The notes under the pieces were generated by a model. The model saw nothing but the letters and a program-made list of their open reading frames with translations, had not been told where the DNA came from and made no database searches. Source: Archangiaceae bacterium (GTDB lineage Bacteria; Myxococcota; Myxococcia; Myxococcales; Myxococcaceae). Taken from it: a DNA stretch of 17,240 nt. Numbering within the stretch: position 1 is the stretch's first letter; each line of letters begins with the position of its first letter. The stretch covers positions 1-17,240 of the forward strand of contig JAYVCD010000395.1 of NCBI GenBank assembly GCA_043750125.1, given 5' to 3'. The position numbers were made by a program, and so were the translations under genes. Shown here piece by piece: positions 1 through 8,924 of the stretch.

Positions 1-751
1 TCGACTCTCCCGGAGGCGTGCAGCCCACCGGCGTCGAACCCGCGATGGTGCTGAAGGTCACCAGCGCTTCGTTGCCCTTTCCTTTCGCCGTCCGGTACAC
101 CCGCGCGAAGTGGTCTGGGGTTCCGTAGCTGCTGTCGTCCTCGTCGGTGATCACAATCAACGCCAGCGCGGCATTGGGGCGAAGAAAGCCGACGTTGGCG
201 CCGCCCGGGGCGATGTTGGTTCCCGTCACCGCCAGCTCTGCCATTCGAAGGCCCTGTTCCCATCGGGTGCGCGAGCCGAGGAACGTGGTGTTGGCGTCGA
301 ACACCATCTTCGGGTTGGGGGTCAGCGGGGTGATGATCTTGACCGTCCCACGCAGCTTGCCCAGGTCCAGCGCGTTGGTGGTGGTCACTCCCATCTGCCA
401 GCTCACCTTCAAGCTGAGCAGCGCGCTCAAGAACCGATCAAAGTTGTTCACCAGCGTCTTGCGCTGGTTGGCCATCGAGCCCGAGTCGTCGACCACCCAG
501 AGGATGTCCACAATTCCGTCGGCCTGCTTGACGATGTCGACCTGGGTCGCATCGATGCGCGGGGGGTCGACGACCACCACCCGGCCGGTGATCGATCGCT
601 CGATTTTCGGCGGCTTGATCTCGACCGGCGACAGTCGCGGCGGCGCAACGTCCGGCGCTGCGGTGCCGCGTCCGTTCTCACGACCCACCCGATCACAGGC
701 GAGCCCGAGCAGCGCGGAAACAAATAAAAGAAGAAAGAGTGGGCGGTTCAT
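1..751 (-). CDS. VWA (MIDAS) domain lipoprotein, 3' end truncated by the window edge
   Basis: My manual translation from the ATG at 751 is open to position 2. It gives MNRPLFLLLFVSALLGLAC (signal peptide II, lipobox ending in Cys19), then DILWVVDDSGSM (DxSxS MIDAS motif) and GFLRPNAALALIVITDEDDSS. These are typical of myxobacterial VWA lipoproteins. The ORF track omits it because no stop codon lies in the window. Confidence 0.88.
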   Translation of the reverse strand, partial: MNRPLFLLLFVSALLGLACDRVGRENGRGTAAPDVAPPRLSPVEIKPPKIERSITGRVVVVDPPRIDATQVDIVKQADGIVDILWVVDDSGSMANQRKTLVNNFDRFLSALLSLKVSWQMGVTTTNALDLGKLRGTVKIITPLTPNPKMVFDANTTFLGSRTRWEQGLRMAELAVTGTNIAPGGANVGFLRPNAALALIVITDEDDSSYGTPDHFARVYRTAKGKGNEALVTFSTIAGSTPVGCTPPGES

Positions 752-761
752 CGGCGGGTGG

Positions 762-790
762 ACATTGCGAGAGTGGCCCTCGTCGTGCAA
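762..790 (-). promoter_or_regulatory. Possible sigma70-type promoter for the VWA lipoprotein gene
   Basis: The minus strand reads TTGCAC (790-785), a 17 nt spacer, CAATGT (767-762), then 10 nt to the ATG at 751. There is no Shine-Dalgarno. The -10 has a mismatch at its first T. Confidence 0.35.
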
Positions 791-874
791 GCGGGATGCT
801 CAACCTTCAAACGCGCTTTCCCATTCAATGAGTTGCAGCGGTCTCCCTTCCCACCTACGACACCCACGTCTCGC

Positions 875-2155
875 ATGCGCACTCTTGCTGCCTCATTCCT
901 GATTGTTTCGTCCCTTGGTTGCCGATGCAGCCCAACTGATCCGTCCGCGGTCACGTTGAGGCTCAAGAACACCAGCAGCGCCGCGATCTTCGTCGACGAT
1001 ACCGACGACAAGCTCGGGCTCGCGCTCCAGCACGGCGTCCCCACCAACTGGGTCACCTTCGAAGAGAAGCTCAAGTGCGCGTGCCAGTCGTGCGACCAGG
1101 TCTGCTCGGGGGACTGCGTCTGCGACGGGGGCTCGCCGTCCTTCGTTCGCAAGGTCCTGCCCGGCGACAAGTTCGAGCGGGTCTGGAACGGGGTGATGCA
1201 GGTCTCTTCTCCCAGCGGCTGCGCTTCGACCGGCTGCCTCCAGGCGCAGAACGCTCCCCTCGACGAGACCCTCAACCTCAAGCTTTGCTACCAGAGTGAG
1301 ATTCTGGGCATCGACCTGCCCGACGGAGGCCGGTTTGCGGCCAGCTACCCCGAGCCCGACCAGACCTGCGTCGACAAAGAGTTCCGCGTCATCGACGGGG
1401 TAGTGGAAATCGGCCCGCGCAAAGGCACCACCTGCAGCGGCCAGCAGGACTGCTTCGGAATCGGCGAGCTCTGCCTTGCGGGGTCCTGCACCGCCAGCTG
1501 CCCGGCGAATGGGTTTCCCGTGCTCGGGGCAGGGTGGGCGTTGCGCGTCGATTCGAGCGATCAAGGCTTCTTTTCCACCACCCTCGACGGGGGCTCCTCA
1601 GTGCTCTCCGGGACCGGCGAAATCACGTCCGTCATCTACAACGGCGGCACGATGACCGTGCGGCTCAAGCGGCTGGGCGCAGCCGGCGAAGTGCTCACCG
1701 GAGCCGTCTACGTCACCCTTCCGATGGGGCAGGCCGCCCCGTTGCCCCAGAACTCGATGGTCACCGTTCGGGTGATTGATGGCTCCAGCAGCGCCAACCC
1801 CGAGAACCGGGCCGTGGTCATTCGCGAGGCCGTCGGCGGAGCGCTGCTGTTTGCCGCCGATCACGCCCAACAAGGCACGCTGCTCAAGGCCGCGGACACC
1901 CAGCCCTTCAACGTCTCGTTCACCGCTCCCCTGGTCGGCTGCCGCTTCAACTCGTGCGGAAAGCAGCTGTTCTTCAAGACCCGGTTCTCGGCCCCGCCCG
2001 TCGAGTCGGCGATGGATCCCGGTCAGTCGGTCTTGTTGACCGTGCCCCAGGGCGGTTACCGGGTGCTGAACGTGGCCAGCGGCAGCTACGGAGTGACCAC
2101 CTGCAAGTTATTCGACATTCGACCCTTCGCAATTTGGCGGGAGAAGGCGCCGTAA
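875..2155 (+). CDS. Cysteine-rich lipoprotein of unknown function (426 aa)
   Basis: Start moved from 758 to the ATG at 875, which gives the signal peptide II MRTLAASFLIVSSLGC. The protein has 20 Cys, including CACQSCDQVCSGDCVC and CSGQQDCFGIGELCLAGSCTASC. The remainder is rich in likely beta-strands. Confidence 0.82.
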   Translation: MRTLAASFLIVSSLGCRCSPTDPSAVTLRLKNTSSAAIFVDDTDDKLGLALQHGVPTNWVTFEEKLKCACQSCDQVCSGDCVCDGGSPSFVRKVLPGDKFERVWNGVMQVSSPSGCASTGCLQAQNAPLDETLNLKLCYQSEILGIDLPDGGRFAASYPEPDQTCVDKEFRVIDGVVEIGPRKGTTCSGQQDCFGIGELCLAGSCTASCPANGFPVLGAGWALRVDSSDQGFFSTTLDGGSSVLSGTGEITSVIYNGGTMTVRLKRLGAAGEVLTGAVYVTLPMGQAAPLPQNSMVTVRVIDGSSSANPENRAVVIREAVGGALLFAADHAQQGTLLKAADTQPFNVSFTAPLVGCRFNSCGKQLFFKTRFSAPPVESAMDPGQSVLLTVPQGGYRVLNVASGSYGVTTCKLFDIRPFAIWREKAP

Positions 2156-2163
2156 GCTAACGT
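2134..2163 (+). promoter_or_regulatory. Possible promoter for the kinase gene (short leader)
   Basis: TTGGCG (2134-2139), an 18 nt spacer, then TAACGT (2158-2163), 12 nt before the ATG at 2176. No Shine-Dalgarno. Confidence 0.35.
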
Positions 2164-2175
2164 CCGCGCACACTT

Positions 2176-4371
2176 ATGGCGCCGGGCACGCTCGCTCCGG
2201 ACTTCGATCGCGGGCGACGAATTGGAAAGTACGAGATCCTCACCCGCCTCTCGATGGGGGGCATGGCGGAACTCTTTCTTGCCTACGTCGCCGGCCCTGG
2301 AGGCTTCCGAAAATACGTTGCTGTGAAGCAGATCCTTCCGGACATCAAGAAGGACGAGAACTTCGTGAAGATGTTTCTCGACGAAGCGCGCATCACCGCC
2401 GCCTTCAGCCACTCGAACATCGGGCAGGTCTACGACCTGGGCGAGGAGCAGGGCGAGCTGTACCTCGCGATGGAATTCATCTCGGGCCAGAACCTCGAGC
2501 AGATCATCAAGCGTTCGGCCAAGCGCGAAGTGGTGCTGCCGATAGGCTTTGCCTGCCGCGTCGTGCGCGACTCGGTGCTCGGACTTCACTACGCCCACCA
2601 CTTCACCGATCAAGCCGGGCACCCCGCTCCGGTGGTCCACCGCGACGTGAGCCCGAAGAACGTGATGGTCACGTACACCGGCGACGTGAAGATGATCGAT
2701 TTTGGAATCGCGAAGGCGCGCAACCGCCTCAACCGGACCCAGGTCGGCATCGTCAAGGGCACCAGTGGGTACATGTCGCCCGAGCAGGTGAAGAACGAGC
2801 CGCTCGACGGCCGCACCGACCTGTTCGCCGCCGCCGTCTTTCTGCACGAGATGTTGACCGCGCAGCGGCTGTTCACCGCTCCCACCGACGCGGCGATGAT
2901 GCTGAAGATCGTCGAGGGTGAAATTCAGCTTCCGAAAAATCTGAACCCCCGGGTGCCCGGCGCGCTGTCGGACGTGGTGATGAAGGGCCTGGCCCGAAAG
3001 CGCGAGAACCGGTTCGCCACCGGAAAGGAATTCGCGAAGGCGCTCGAGCAGGCGTGCCCTGAGCTGTTCGATGAGGACCAGAGCGCCGAGCTGATGACCC
3101 GGCTGTTCGACGACAAGATTCAGACGACCCGCGCGCTGCTCGAGCTGGCCAACAGCGATGACACCGGCAGCTTGACCCGGGCGGTCGAAGAGCTCGCGAG
3201 CGAAGACCTCGACCCGCTGACCCCCAAAGGACGCAAGGCCCCCACCCGGGCGACGCCTGTTCCGCGCTCGGCGTTGCCGAAGAAGCCCTCGCCCTCGAAG
3301 CAGAACCTCAAGCCGGTGGCCGGTGAGGCGCCCTCTGCCCCCCCGCGCCGCGCCTCGTCGGTCTCCAACCGGGACGCAGACGCCACGATCGCCCCCCGCA
3401 ACAAGCCGACCCCCTCAGCCAACCTGGGAGCCAACCGCTACGCCTCGAAGGTCGGCCGCGACTACGCGATGTACGACGAGCCCGAGGTGCCCACCGACAC
3501 CTCGTCGGCGAAGAAGCCGCTGAAGTTCTCGCGAAAGCTGCCTCAAATCATCGACGGCGATGGCACCGACACCCACCGGGGCGCCAGCCCGAAGAAGGGA
3601 GGAATCGGTGGGCTGCTCGCGCTGCTGCTGGTCGGGGTTGCGATGGCAGGCCTCGGCTGGGCCGGGTGGAAGGGACCGTTGAAGGACAGCGGTCCGGCCC
3701 TGGCGCTGCGGGCGATGGTCGACAAAGAGCTCAACGGCGAACCTCCTGCGCCCCCGCCTCCCAGCCTCGAAGAGCTTGCGAAGACGGCGGGCGGCAACAA
3801 GCCCACCTGGGTCATCGAGAAAGAGAAGGAAGGCGCGCTTGCCCAGGCCGAAGCCCAACGCCAGGCCGAAGTGGACGCGGCCAACAACGATCCGGAACGC
3901 AAGGCGATGCTGGCCGAGCTCGACAGTCAGATCAAACAGCTCGACAAGCTGGAAGACGAGCAGCGCGCTTTGAAGGTCGAAGCGAAAGCCGGCACGGCGC
4001 TGGGCACCTCGAATTCCAGGCGCATCGATGATCTCGAGAAGCAGATTTCCGATCTTCGGGGGTCGATCGCGACGAAGAAAGCGAAGAAGGGGCCGGGCGG
4101 GGTCGAGGTGGTGCGGGACCACAAGTCTGCGAAGGCACTCGACGTGGGGTACTTCTCGCTGCGCACCTTGAACCCTTCAGAGGCCGCGGTCTTCGATGGC
4201 AACACCAGCCTCGGCTCGACTCCCCTCGTCAAGGTCCCGCTGGACCAGGGCGTTCACCAGCTGCGAATCATCGACGGCGACTCGAAGGGCCGGTCGCTGT
4301 CGGTGACAATCGAAGGCGGGAAGGTGATGGAGTTCAAGGCGGTCGACGTTCAGTCATTGCCGCTGCAGTAA
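2176..4371 (+). CDS. Membrane-anchored Hanks-type Ser/Thr protein kinase with coiled coil and C-terminal PEGA-like domain
   Basis: Kinase motifs are LSMGGMAELF, VAVK, FLDEARIT, HRDVSPKN, DFGIAK, GTSGYMSPEQ and DLFAAA. A Pro/Lys/Thr-rich linker follows, then a TM helix GGIGGLLALLLVGVAMAGLGWAGW (about 3600-3669), heptad-like helices, and a PEGA-like end (AVFDGNTSLGSTPLVKVPLDQGVHQLRI). Confidence 0.95.
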   Translation: MAPGTLAPDFDRGRRIGKYEILTRLSMGGMAELFLAYVAGPGGFRKYVAVKQILPDIKKDENFVKMFLDEARITAAFSHSNIGQVYDLGEEQGELYLAMEFISGQNLEQIIKRSAKREVVLPIGFACRVVRDSVLGLHYAHHFTDQAGHPAPVVHRDVSPKNVMVTYTGDVKMIDFGIAKARNRLNRTQVGIVKGTSGYMSPEQVKNEPLDGRTDLFAAAVFLHEMLTAQRLFTAPTDAAMMLKIVEGEIQLPKNLNPRVPGALSDVVMKGLARKRENRFATGKEFAKALEQACPELFDEDQSAELMTRLFDDKIQTTRALLELANSDDTGSLTRAVEELASEDLDPLTPKGRKAPTRATPVPRSALPKKPSPSKQNLKPVAGEAPSAPPRRASSVSNRDADATIAPRNKPTPSANLGANRYASKVGRDYAMYDEPEVPTDTSSAKKPLKFSRKLPQIIDGDGTDTHRGASPKKGGIGGLLALLLVGVAMAGLGWAGWKGPLKDSGPALALRAMVDKELNGEPPAPPPPSLEELAKTAGGNKPTWVIEKEKEGALAQAEAQRQAEVDAANNDPERKAMLAELDSQIKQLDKLEDEQRALKVEAKAGTALGTSNSRRIDDLEKQISDLRGSIATKKAKKGPGGVEVVRDHKSAKALDVGYFSLRTLNPSEAAVFDGNTSLGSTPLVKVPLDQGVHQLRIIDGDSKGRSLSVTIEGGKVMEFKAVDVQSLPLQ

Positions 4372-4375
4372 GCGC

Positions 4376-4400
4376 GGGGCGCCGCTAAGGTGCGCGCCCC
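4376..4400 (+). promoter_or_regulatory. Inverted repeat enclosing a -10-like hexamer directly upstream of glyQ
   Basis: GGGGCGC (4376-4382) and GCGCCCC (4394-4400) are perfect reverse complements. TAAGGT (4386-4391) lies between them, 9 nt before the ATG at 4401. No Shine-Dalgarno. Confidence 0.45.
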
Positions 4401-5387
4401 ATGTACTTCCAGGACCTGATCTTCACGCTGCAGAACCACTGGGCCAAGTTGGGCTGCATCATCTGCCAGCCCTACGACCTCGAAGTCGGCGCAGGCACGA
4501 TGTCCCCGGTGACGTTCTTGCGCGCCCTCGGGCCCGAGCCGTGGAACGTGGGCTACGTGCAGCCCTCGCGTCGCCCCGCCGACGGCCGCTTTGGCGAAAA
4601 TCCCAATCGGCTGTTTCAGCACCACCAGTTCCAGGTGATTTTGAAGCCGGCCCCCAAGAACACCCAGGAGCTGTACCTCGATTCGATCAAGGCTTTCGGA
4701 ATCGACCCGATGTCCCACGACATCCGGTTCGTGGAAGACGACTGGGAATCCCCCACGCTCGGCGCCGCGGGCCTGGGCTGGGAAGTCTGGTGCGATGGAA
4801 TGGAAATCACCCAGTTCACCTACTTTCAAAAGTGCGGCAGCTTCGAGTGCCGCCCGGTTGCGGCCGAGCTCACCTACGGCCTCGAGCGCATCGGGATGTA
4901 CCTGCAGGGCGTCGAGAGCGTCTACGAGATCGAGTGGGTGAAGGGCGTGAAGTACGGCGAAGTGTTCCACGCCAATGAAGTCGAGATGTCGAAGTACGCG
5001 CTGCATGAGTCCGACCCGCAACAGCTGTTCGCGCTCTTCGACAGCTATGAGAAGGAATGTCGGCGGCTGGTCGTCGAGAAGCAGCTGCCGCTGCCCGCCT
5101 ACGACTTCGCGCTCAAGTGCAGCCACACCTTCAACCTGCTCGACGCTCGGGGCGCGATTTCCGTGACCGAGCGTGCCGGCTACATCGGGCGGGTCCGCGA
5201 CAACGCACGGCTCTGCGCCGAAGGCTACTTGCGCATGCGCGAGAGTCTCGGCTACCCGCTGTGCAAGACGAAGTGGACGGTGGGCGAACAGCCGCCCCTT
5301 CTCGAAGGCAAGCCTGCCAGCGACCACTGGAAGACCGTCAGCTTCCAGCCCAAAGAGAAGAAGGAAGGAGCCGCCGATGCCCGCTGA
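4401..5387 (+). CDS. glyQ: Glycine--tRNA ligase alpha subunit
   Basis: Signature motifs are [90 protein letters not shown] and [21 protein letters not shown]. Confidence 0.99.
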   Translation: MYFQDLIFTLQNHWAKLGCIICQPYDLEVGAGTMSPVTFLRALGPEPWNVGYVQPSRRPADGRFGENPNRLFQHHQFQVILKPAPKNTQELYLDSIKAFGIDPMSHDIRFVEDDWESPTLGAAGLGWEVWCDGMEITQFTYFQKCGSFECRPVAAELTYGLERIGMYLQGVESVYEIEWVKGVKYGEVFHANEVEMSKYALHESDPQQLFALFDSYEKECRRLVVEKQLPLPAYDFALKCSHTFNLLDARGAISVTERAGYIGRVRDNARLCAEGYLRMRESLGYPLCKTKWTVGEQPPLLEGKPASDHWKTVSFQPKEKKEGAADAR

Positions 5388-7479
5388 TCTGCTGCTCGAG
5401 CTGCACGCCGAAGAGCTCCCCGCGTCCTTCATCGGCCCGGCGCTCGAGAATCTCGCCCGGATGATCAGCGAAGGCCTCGCCGCCGCCCGGCTGAAGCACG
5501 GCGAATTGCGTCGGTTCGGCACTCCGCGGCGGCTGGCGATCCTGGTGAAGGAAGTCGCGGATTCTGGCGAAGACATCTCGAAAGAAGTGCTCGGGCCTTC
5601 GGTGAAGGCCGCGTTCGAGGCCGATGGAAAGACGCCGAAGCAGTCGGCGATCAAGTTCGCCGAGAACCTCAAGCTCACTGTCGGTGAGCTCAAGCGGCTC
5701 ACGACCCCCAAGGGCGAATACCTGGGCGCCCAGGTCGAGGAAAAGGGAAAGCGGGCCTCCGAGATTCTGCCCGACGTCTTGAGCCGGGCGGTGCACGAGC
5801 TCAAGTTTCGAAAGTCGATGCGGTGGGGCGAGGTCGAGCACACCTTCGCCCGCCCCCTTCATTCGATCCTCGCGCTGCTGGGGTCCGAAGTGGTGCCCGT
5901 CACGTTTGCCGACGTGAAGAGCGGCCGGCAGACCCGGGGCCATCGCTTCCTCGCCAACGGGTGGATCAACATCGATCGTCCCAGCGACTACGAAGGCGCC
6001 CTGGACAAGGCCCACGTGATTGCAGACATCCCCCGACGTCGCGCGATGGTCGTCGAGCGGATCAGCGCTGCGGCGATCAAGGCCGGCGGCCGCCTGCTCG
6101 ATGACCCCGCGTTGATCGATCAGGTCACCCAGTTGGTCGAGCTGCCCAGCCCGGTCGTGGGATCCTTCGACCCCCGCCACCTCGATCTGCCTCCCGAAGT
6201 CCTGGTCCAGGAAATGAAGAGCCACCAGCGCTACTTCTCGCTGCTGGACACCAAGGGCAAGCTGCTGCCGAAGTTCATCGCGGTCTCGAACACTCCCGTG
6301 CGCGACGAGGCGCTGTCGGTCAAAGGTTACGAACGGGTGCTGCAGGCCCGCTTGTCCGACGGCCGGTTCTTCTTCGACGAAGACCGCCGGACTCCACTGG
6401 TGGACCGGGTGCCGAAGCTCGAACGGGTCACCTGGCTCAAAGAGCTGGGCTCGGTCGCCGAGAAAGTCGCGCGGATCAAGGTGCTGGCCGCCTGGCTCGC
6501 CGACCAGACCGGCCGGTCGGCTCTGGGCAAGACCCTCGAACGCGCCGCGCTGCTGTGCAAGGCAGACCTCGTCACCGGAATGGTGGGCGAGTTCCCCGAG
6601 CTGCAAGGCGTGATGGGGCGCGAATACGCCCTCGCCAGCGGCGAGCCCAAAGAAGTGGCCCTGGCGATCTTCGAGCACTACCTGCCTCGCAACGCCAACG
6701 ACGCGCTGCCCACCGAAGACGCGGGCGCCTTGCTCGGTCTGGCCGACCGCCTCGACACCCTGTGCGGGCTGTTCGCGATCGGCAAGCGCCCGACTGGCGC
6801 CGCCGACCCGAACGGACTGCGGCGAATTTCGATCGCGATCATCAACCTCACCGTCGGCCGCGGCTACCGCTTCTCACTGAGCCAGGCAGTCGCGCAGTCT
6901 CTGGAATTGATCGCGCCCAAACTCAAGGACCTCAAGCCCAGGGCGGGGCAGGCTCCGGCCCAGAGCGAGATCCTCGACTTCGTTCGAGGGCGTCTCGAGC
7001 AGTTGTGGTCGGACTCTGCGCGAGCCGACGTGGCCAACGCGGTGCTGTCGGCCGGTTTCGACGATCTGGTCTCGGCCCGGCTGCGACTGGACGCGATGGC
7101 CAAGCGGGTAGGGGGCGCTGACTTTGCGCCGCTGGCCGCCACTTTCAAGCGGGTCGCCAACATCGTCGCCAAGCAGGCGAAGGACGTTCAGGCCGCGCCG
7201 GTGGACAAGGCCCTGCTGAAGGATGCTCCCGAAATTGCACTCTTTGCGGCGCTCGAGGGCGTCAAGGGGCAGGCCGAAACGGCGGCGGCCAAAGACGACT
7301 ACGGCGCTGCGTTGGGGGCGATGGCCTCGCTCAAGCCGACCGTCGATGCGTTTTTCGACAAAGTGATGGTGATGGCCGACGACAAAGAACTGATGAAGAA
7401 CCGGGTCCGGCTGCTGATGGACGTGGCCGGGTTGTTCAATCGGGTCGCGGACTTCGCGCAAATCCAGTCGGAAATCTGA
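5377..7479 (+). CDS. glyS: Glycine--tRNA ligase beta subunit (700 aa)
   Basis: Start moved from 5173 to the ATG at 5377, which has an SD (AAGGAG, 5365-5370) and overlaps glyQ by 11 nt. Motifs are [59 protein letters not shown] and FFDKVMVM...NRVRLL. Confidence 0.98.
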   Translation: MPADLLLELHAEELPASFIGPALENLARMISEGLAAARLKHGELRRFGTPRRLAILVKEVADSGEDISKEVLGPSVKAAFEADGKTPKQSAIKFAENLKLTVGELKRLTTPKGEYLGAQVEEKGKRASEILPDVLSRAVHELKFRKSMRWGEVEHTFARPLHSILALLGSEVVPVTFADVKSGRQTRGHRFLANGWINIDRPSDYEGALDKAHVIADIPRRRAMVVERISAAAIKAGGRLLDDPALIDQVTQLVELPSPVVGSFDPRHLDLPPEVLVQEMKSHQRYFSLLDTKGKLLPKFIAVSNTPVRDEALSVKGYERVLQARLSDGRFFFDEDRRTPLVDRVPKLERVTWLKELGSVAEKVARIKVLAAWLADQTGRSALGKTLERAALLCKADLVTGMVGEFPELQGVMGREYALASGEPKEVALAIFEHYLPRNANDALPTEDAGALLGLADRLDTLCGLFAIGKRPTGAADPNGLRRISIAIINLTVGRGYRFSLSQAVAQSLELIAPKLKDLKPRAGQAPAQSEILDFVRGRLEQLWSDSARADVANAVLSAGFDDLVSARLRLDAMAKRVGGADFAPLAATFKRVANIVAKQAKDVQAAPVDKALLKDAPEIALFAALEGVKGQAETAAAKDDYGAALGAMASLKPTVDAFFDKVMVMADDKELMKNRVRLLMDVAGLFNRVADFAQIQSEI

Positions 7480-7517
7480 ACGCCGCCCGTTCGTAAGTTC
7501 TGCTAGGCCCCCCGCCC

Positions 7518-8924
7518 ATGCGCTGCGTTCTCCTCATTGTCGGCGTTGCCGTCCTGGCCGGGTGCCCTCCTCAGACGATCGAGAAGTTGCCGCCCGCCGG
7601 TCAGTTTTATTTTCCGACCGGCATCGTCCACGTCGACGCCCCGGGCAACCCCGAGGGGATTCTCTACGTCGCGAGCTCGAACTTCGACAAGCGCTACGAC
7701 TTCGGCTCGGTGATGGCGATCGACTTGTCGAAGGTGGGCCTGCCTGCGTTCGGTGCTCCCTCTGCTTCCAACGACGCGGGCTTCGGAGTTCCTTTGCAGT
7801 TGATCGACCTCAAGCTCGATCGGACCTCGACCGTCCTGGTCGCGAGTTTTGCCGGCGAAATGGCGAAGCTTTCGATTCAGAACGGCAACGGGGTGCGGCT
7901 GTATCTGCCCACCCGTTCCGAACAGCACCGGCTCTACGCCCTCGACGCGCCAATTCCCCCAGCCGGCTCGCCGCCTTCCCTCGGTTGCTTCACCCCGGCC
8001 GGAGCGCTGCCCGCGACGACCAGCGAAGACGGCGGAACGACCAACTGCACCCCCACCGGGCTTTCACTGGTTGCGTTCGAGAAGACCGAAACCGGAATTC
8101 CCCGCGCGTCGGCTCCGATTGGAGTCGCGGTTTCCCGCAGCCGCGAAGTGTGGGTCACCTCGCTGCAGCAGGCCGACACCCCCCGAGGAACCACCCTCGA
8201 TACGCGCGCCTACGTCGTCCACGTCAACGGCGACAACCCGGTGATCACCGAGCAGAACTTCGTCAACATCGGTTCCGGCGCCACCAACAGCGTCGTCGTC
8301 GGCGAGCGCTACGCCTACGCGACCGGTCGAATCTACGCCGCCAGCGTCCCCGCCAACCTGCTGCGGGCGATCGACACCACCCGCTTCACGACCTTCAGCA
8401 CCTTCCTCGAGAACACGTTCACCGTGTTCGAAGGGCGAGGGATCGCGCTCTCGACCGGCGAAGACCGGCTGTATCTGCTCGGGCGCTCACCGGACACCCT
8501 GATTGTCGCCAGCGTGACCAACAAAGGCGGCGCGGTTCCCGACGTCCGGGTCGAGCGCGCGGTGCCGCTGCCCGAAGGCCCCAGCCTGATCACCACCATT
8601 GCCCGCCCGGGCAAGAGCGACCTGGTGATGATCACCTGCTCGACCTCAGGCGTGGTCGTCTTCTACGACGACGAAGTCGGCAACCTCACTGCGCAGATCG
8701 GCGGCGTGGGCCTTCAGCCCTATGCGATCGCCGTCGACGACCGCCCAACGGGTGGAGCGCGGATCTACATCACCAACTTCACCGACGGCCGGGTCGCCGT
8801 GATTGATGTTCCTGATCTTTCACGCCCGGCCAGCGCCAAGATCGTTGCCTTTCTCGGCGGCTCGCAGCTGTGCATCACCCGGGGCGTGAACGAACAGACT
8901 TCGTGCGACGGAGGTGCGCTGTGA
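7518..8924 (+). CDS. Lipoprotein with predicted beta-propeller (YncE-like); first gene of the Kil cluster 1-like block
   Basis: MRCVLLIVGVAVLAGC has a canonical LAGC lipobox. Repeated blade-like motifs include FYFPTGIVH...LYVASSNFD, PIGVAVS...VWVT, GRGIALSTGEDRLYLL and QPYAIAVD...IYITNFTDGRVAVID. Confidence 0.85.
   Translation: MRCVLLIVGVAVLAGCPPQTIEKLPPAGQFYFPTGIVHVDAPGNPEGILYVASSNFDKRYDFGSVMAIDLSKVGLPAFGAPSASNDAGFGVPLQLIDLKLDRTSTVLVASFAGEMAKLSIQNGNGVRLYLPTRSEQHRLYALDAPIPPAGSPPSLGCFTPAGALPATTSEDGGTTNCTPTGLSLVAFEKTETGIPRASAPIGVAVSRSREVWVTSLQQADTPRGTTLDTRAYVVHVNGDNPVITEQNFVNIGSGATNSVVVGERYAYATGRIYAASVPANLLRAIDTTRFTTFSTFLENTFTVFEGRGIALSTGEDRLYLLGRSPDTLIVASVTNKGGAVPDVRVERAVPLPEGPSLITTIARPGKSDLVMITCSTSGVVVFYDDEVGNLTAQIGGVGLQPYAIAVDDRPTGGARIYITNFTDGRVAVIDVPDLSRPASAKIVAFLGGSQLCITRGVNEQTSCDGGAL

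Noticed and set aside
110-902. Plus-strand ORFs 110..727 and 147..902
   Set aside because: They are antisense shadows of the minus-strand VWA lipoprotein, which has a lipobox and MIDAS motifs. They show no recognisable motifs.
4372-4400. T-box or glycine riboswitch upstream of glyQS
   Set aside because: The gap is only 29 nt, too short for either element.
7478-7492. GAACG/CGTTC hairpin after glyS as a terminator
   Set aside because: The stem is only 5 bp and has no U-tract.
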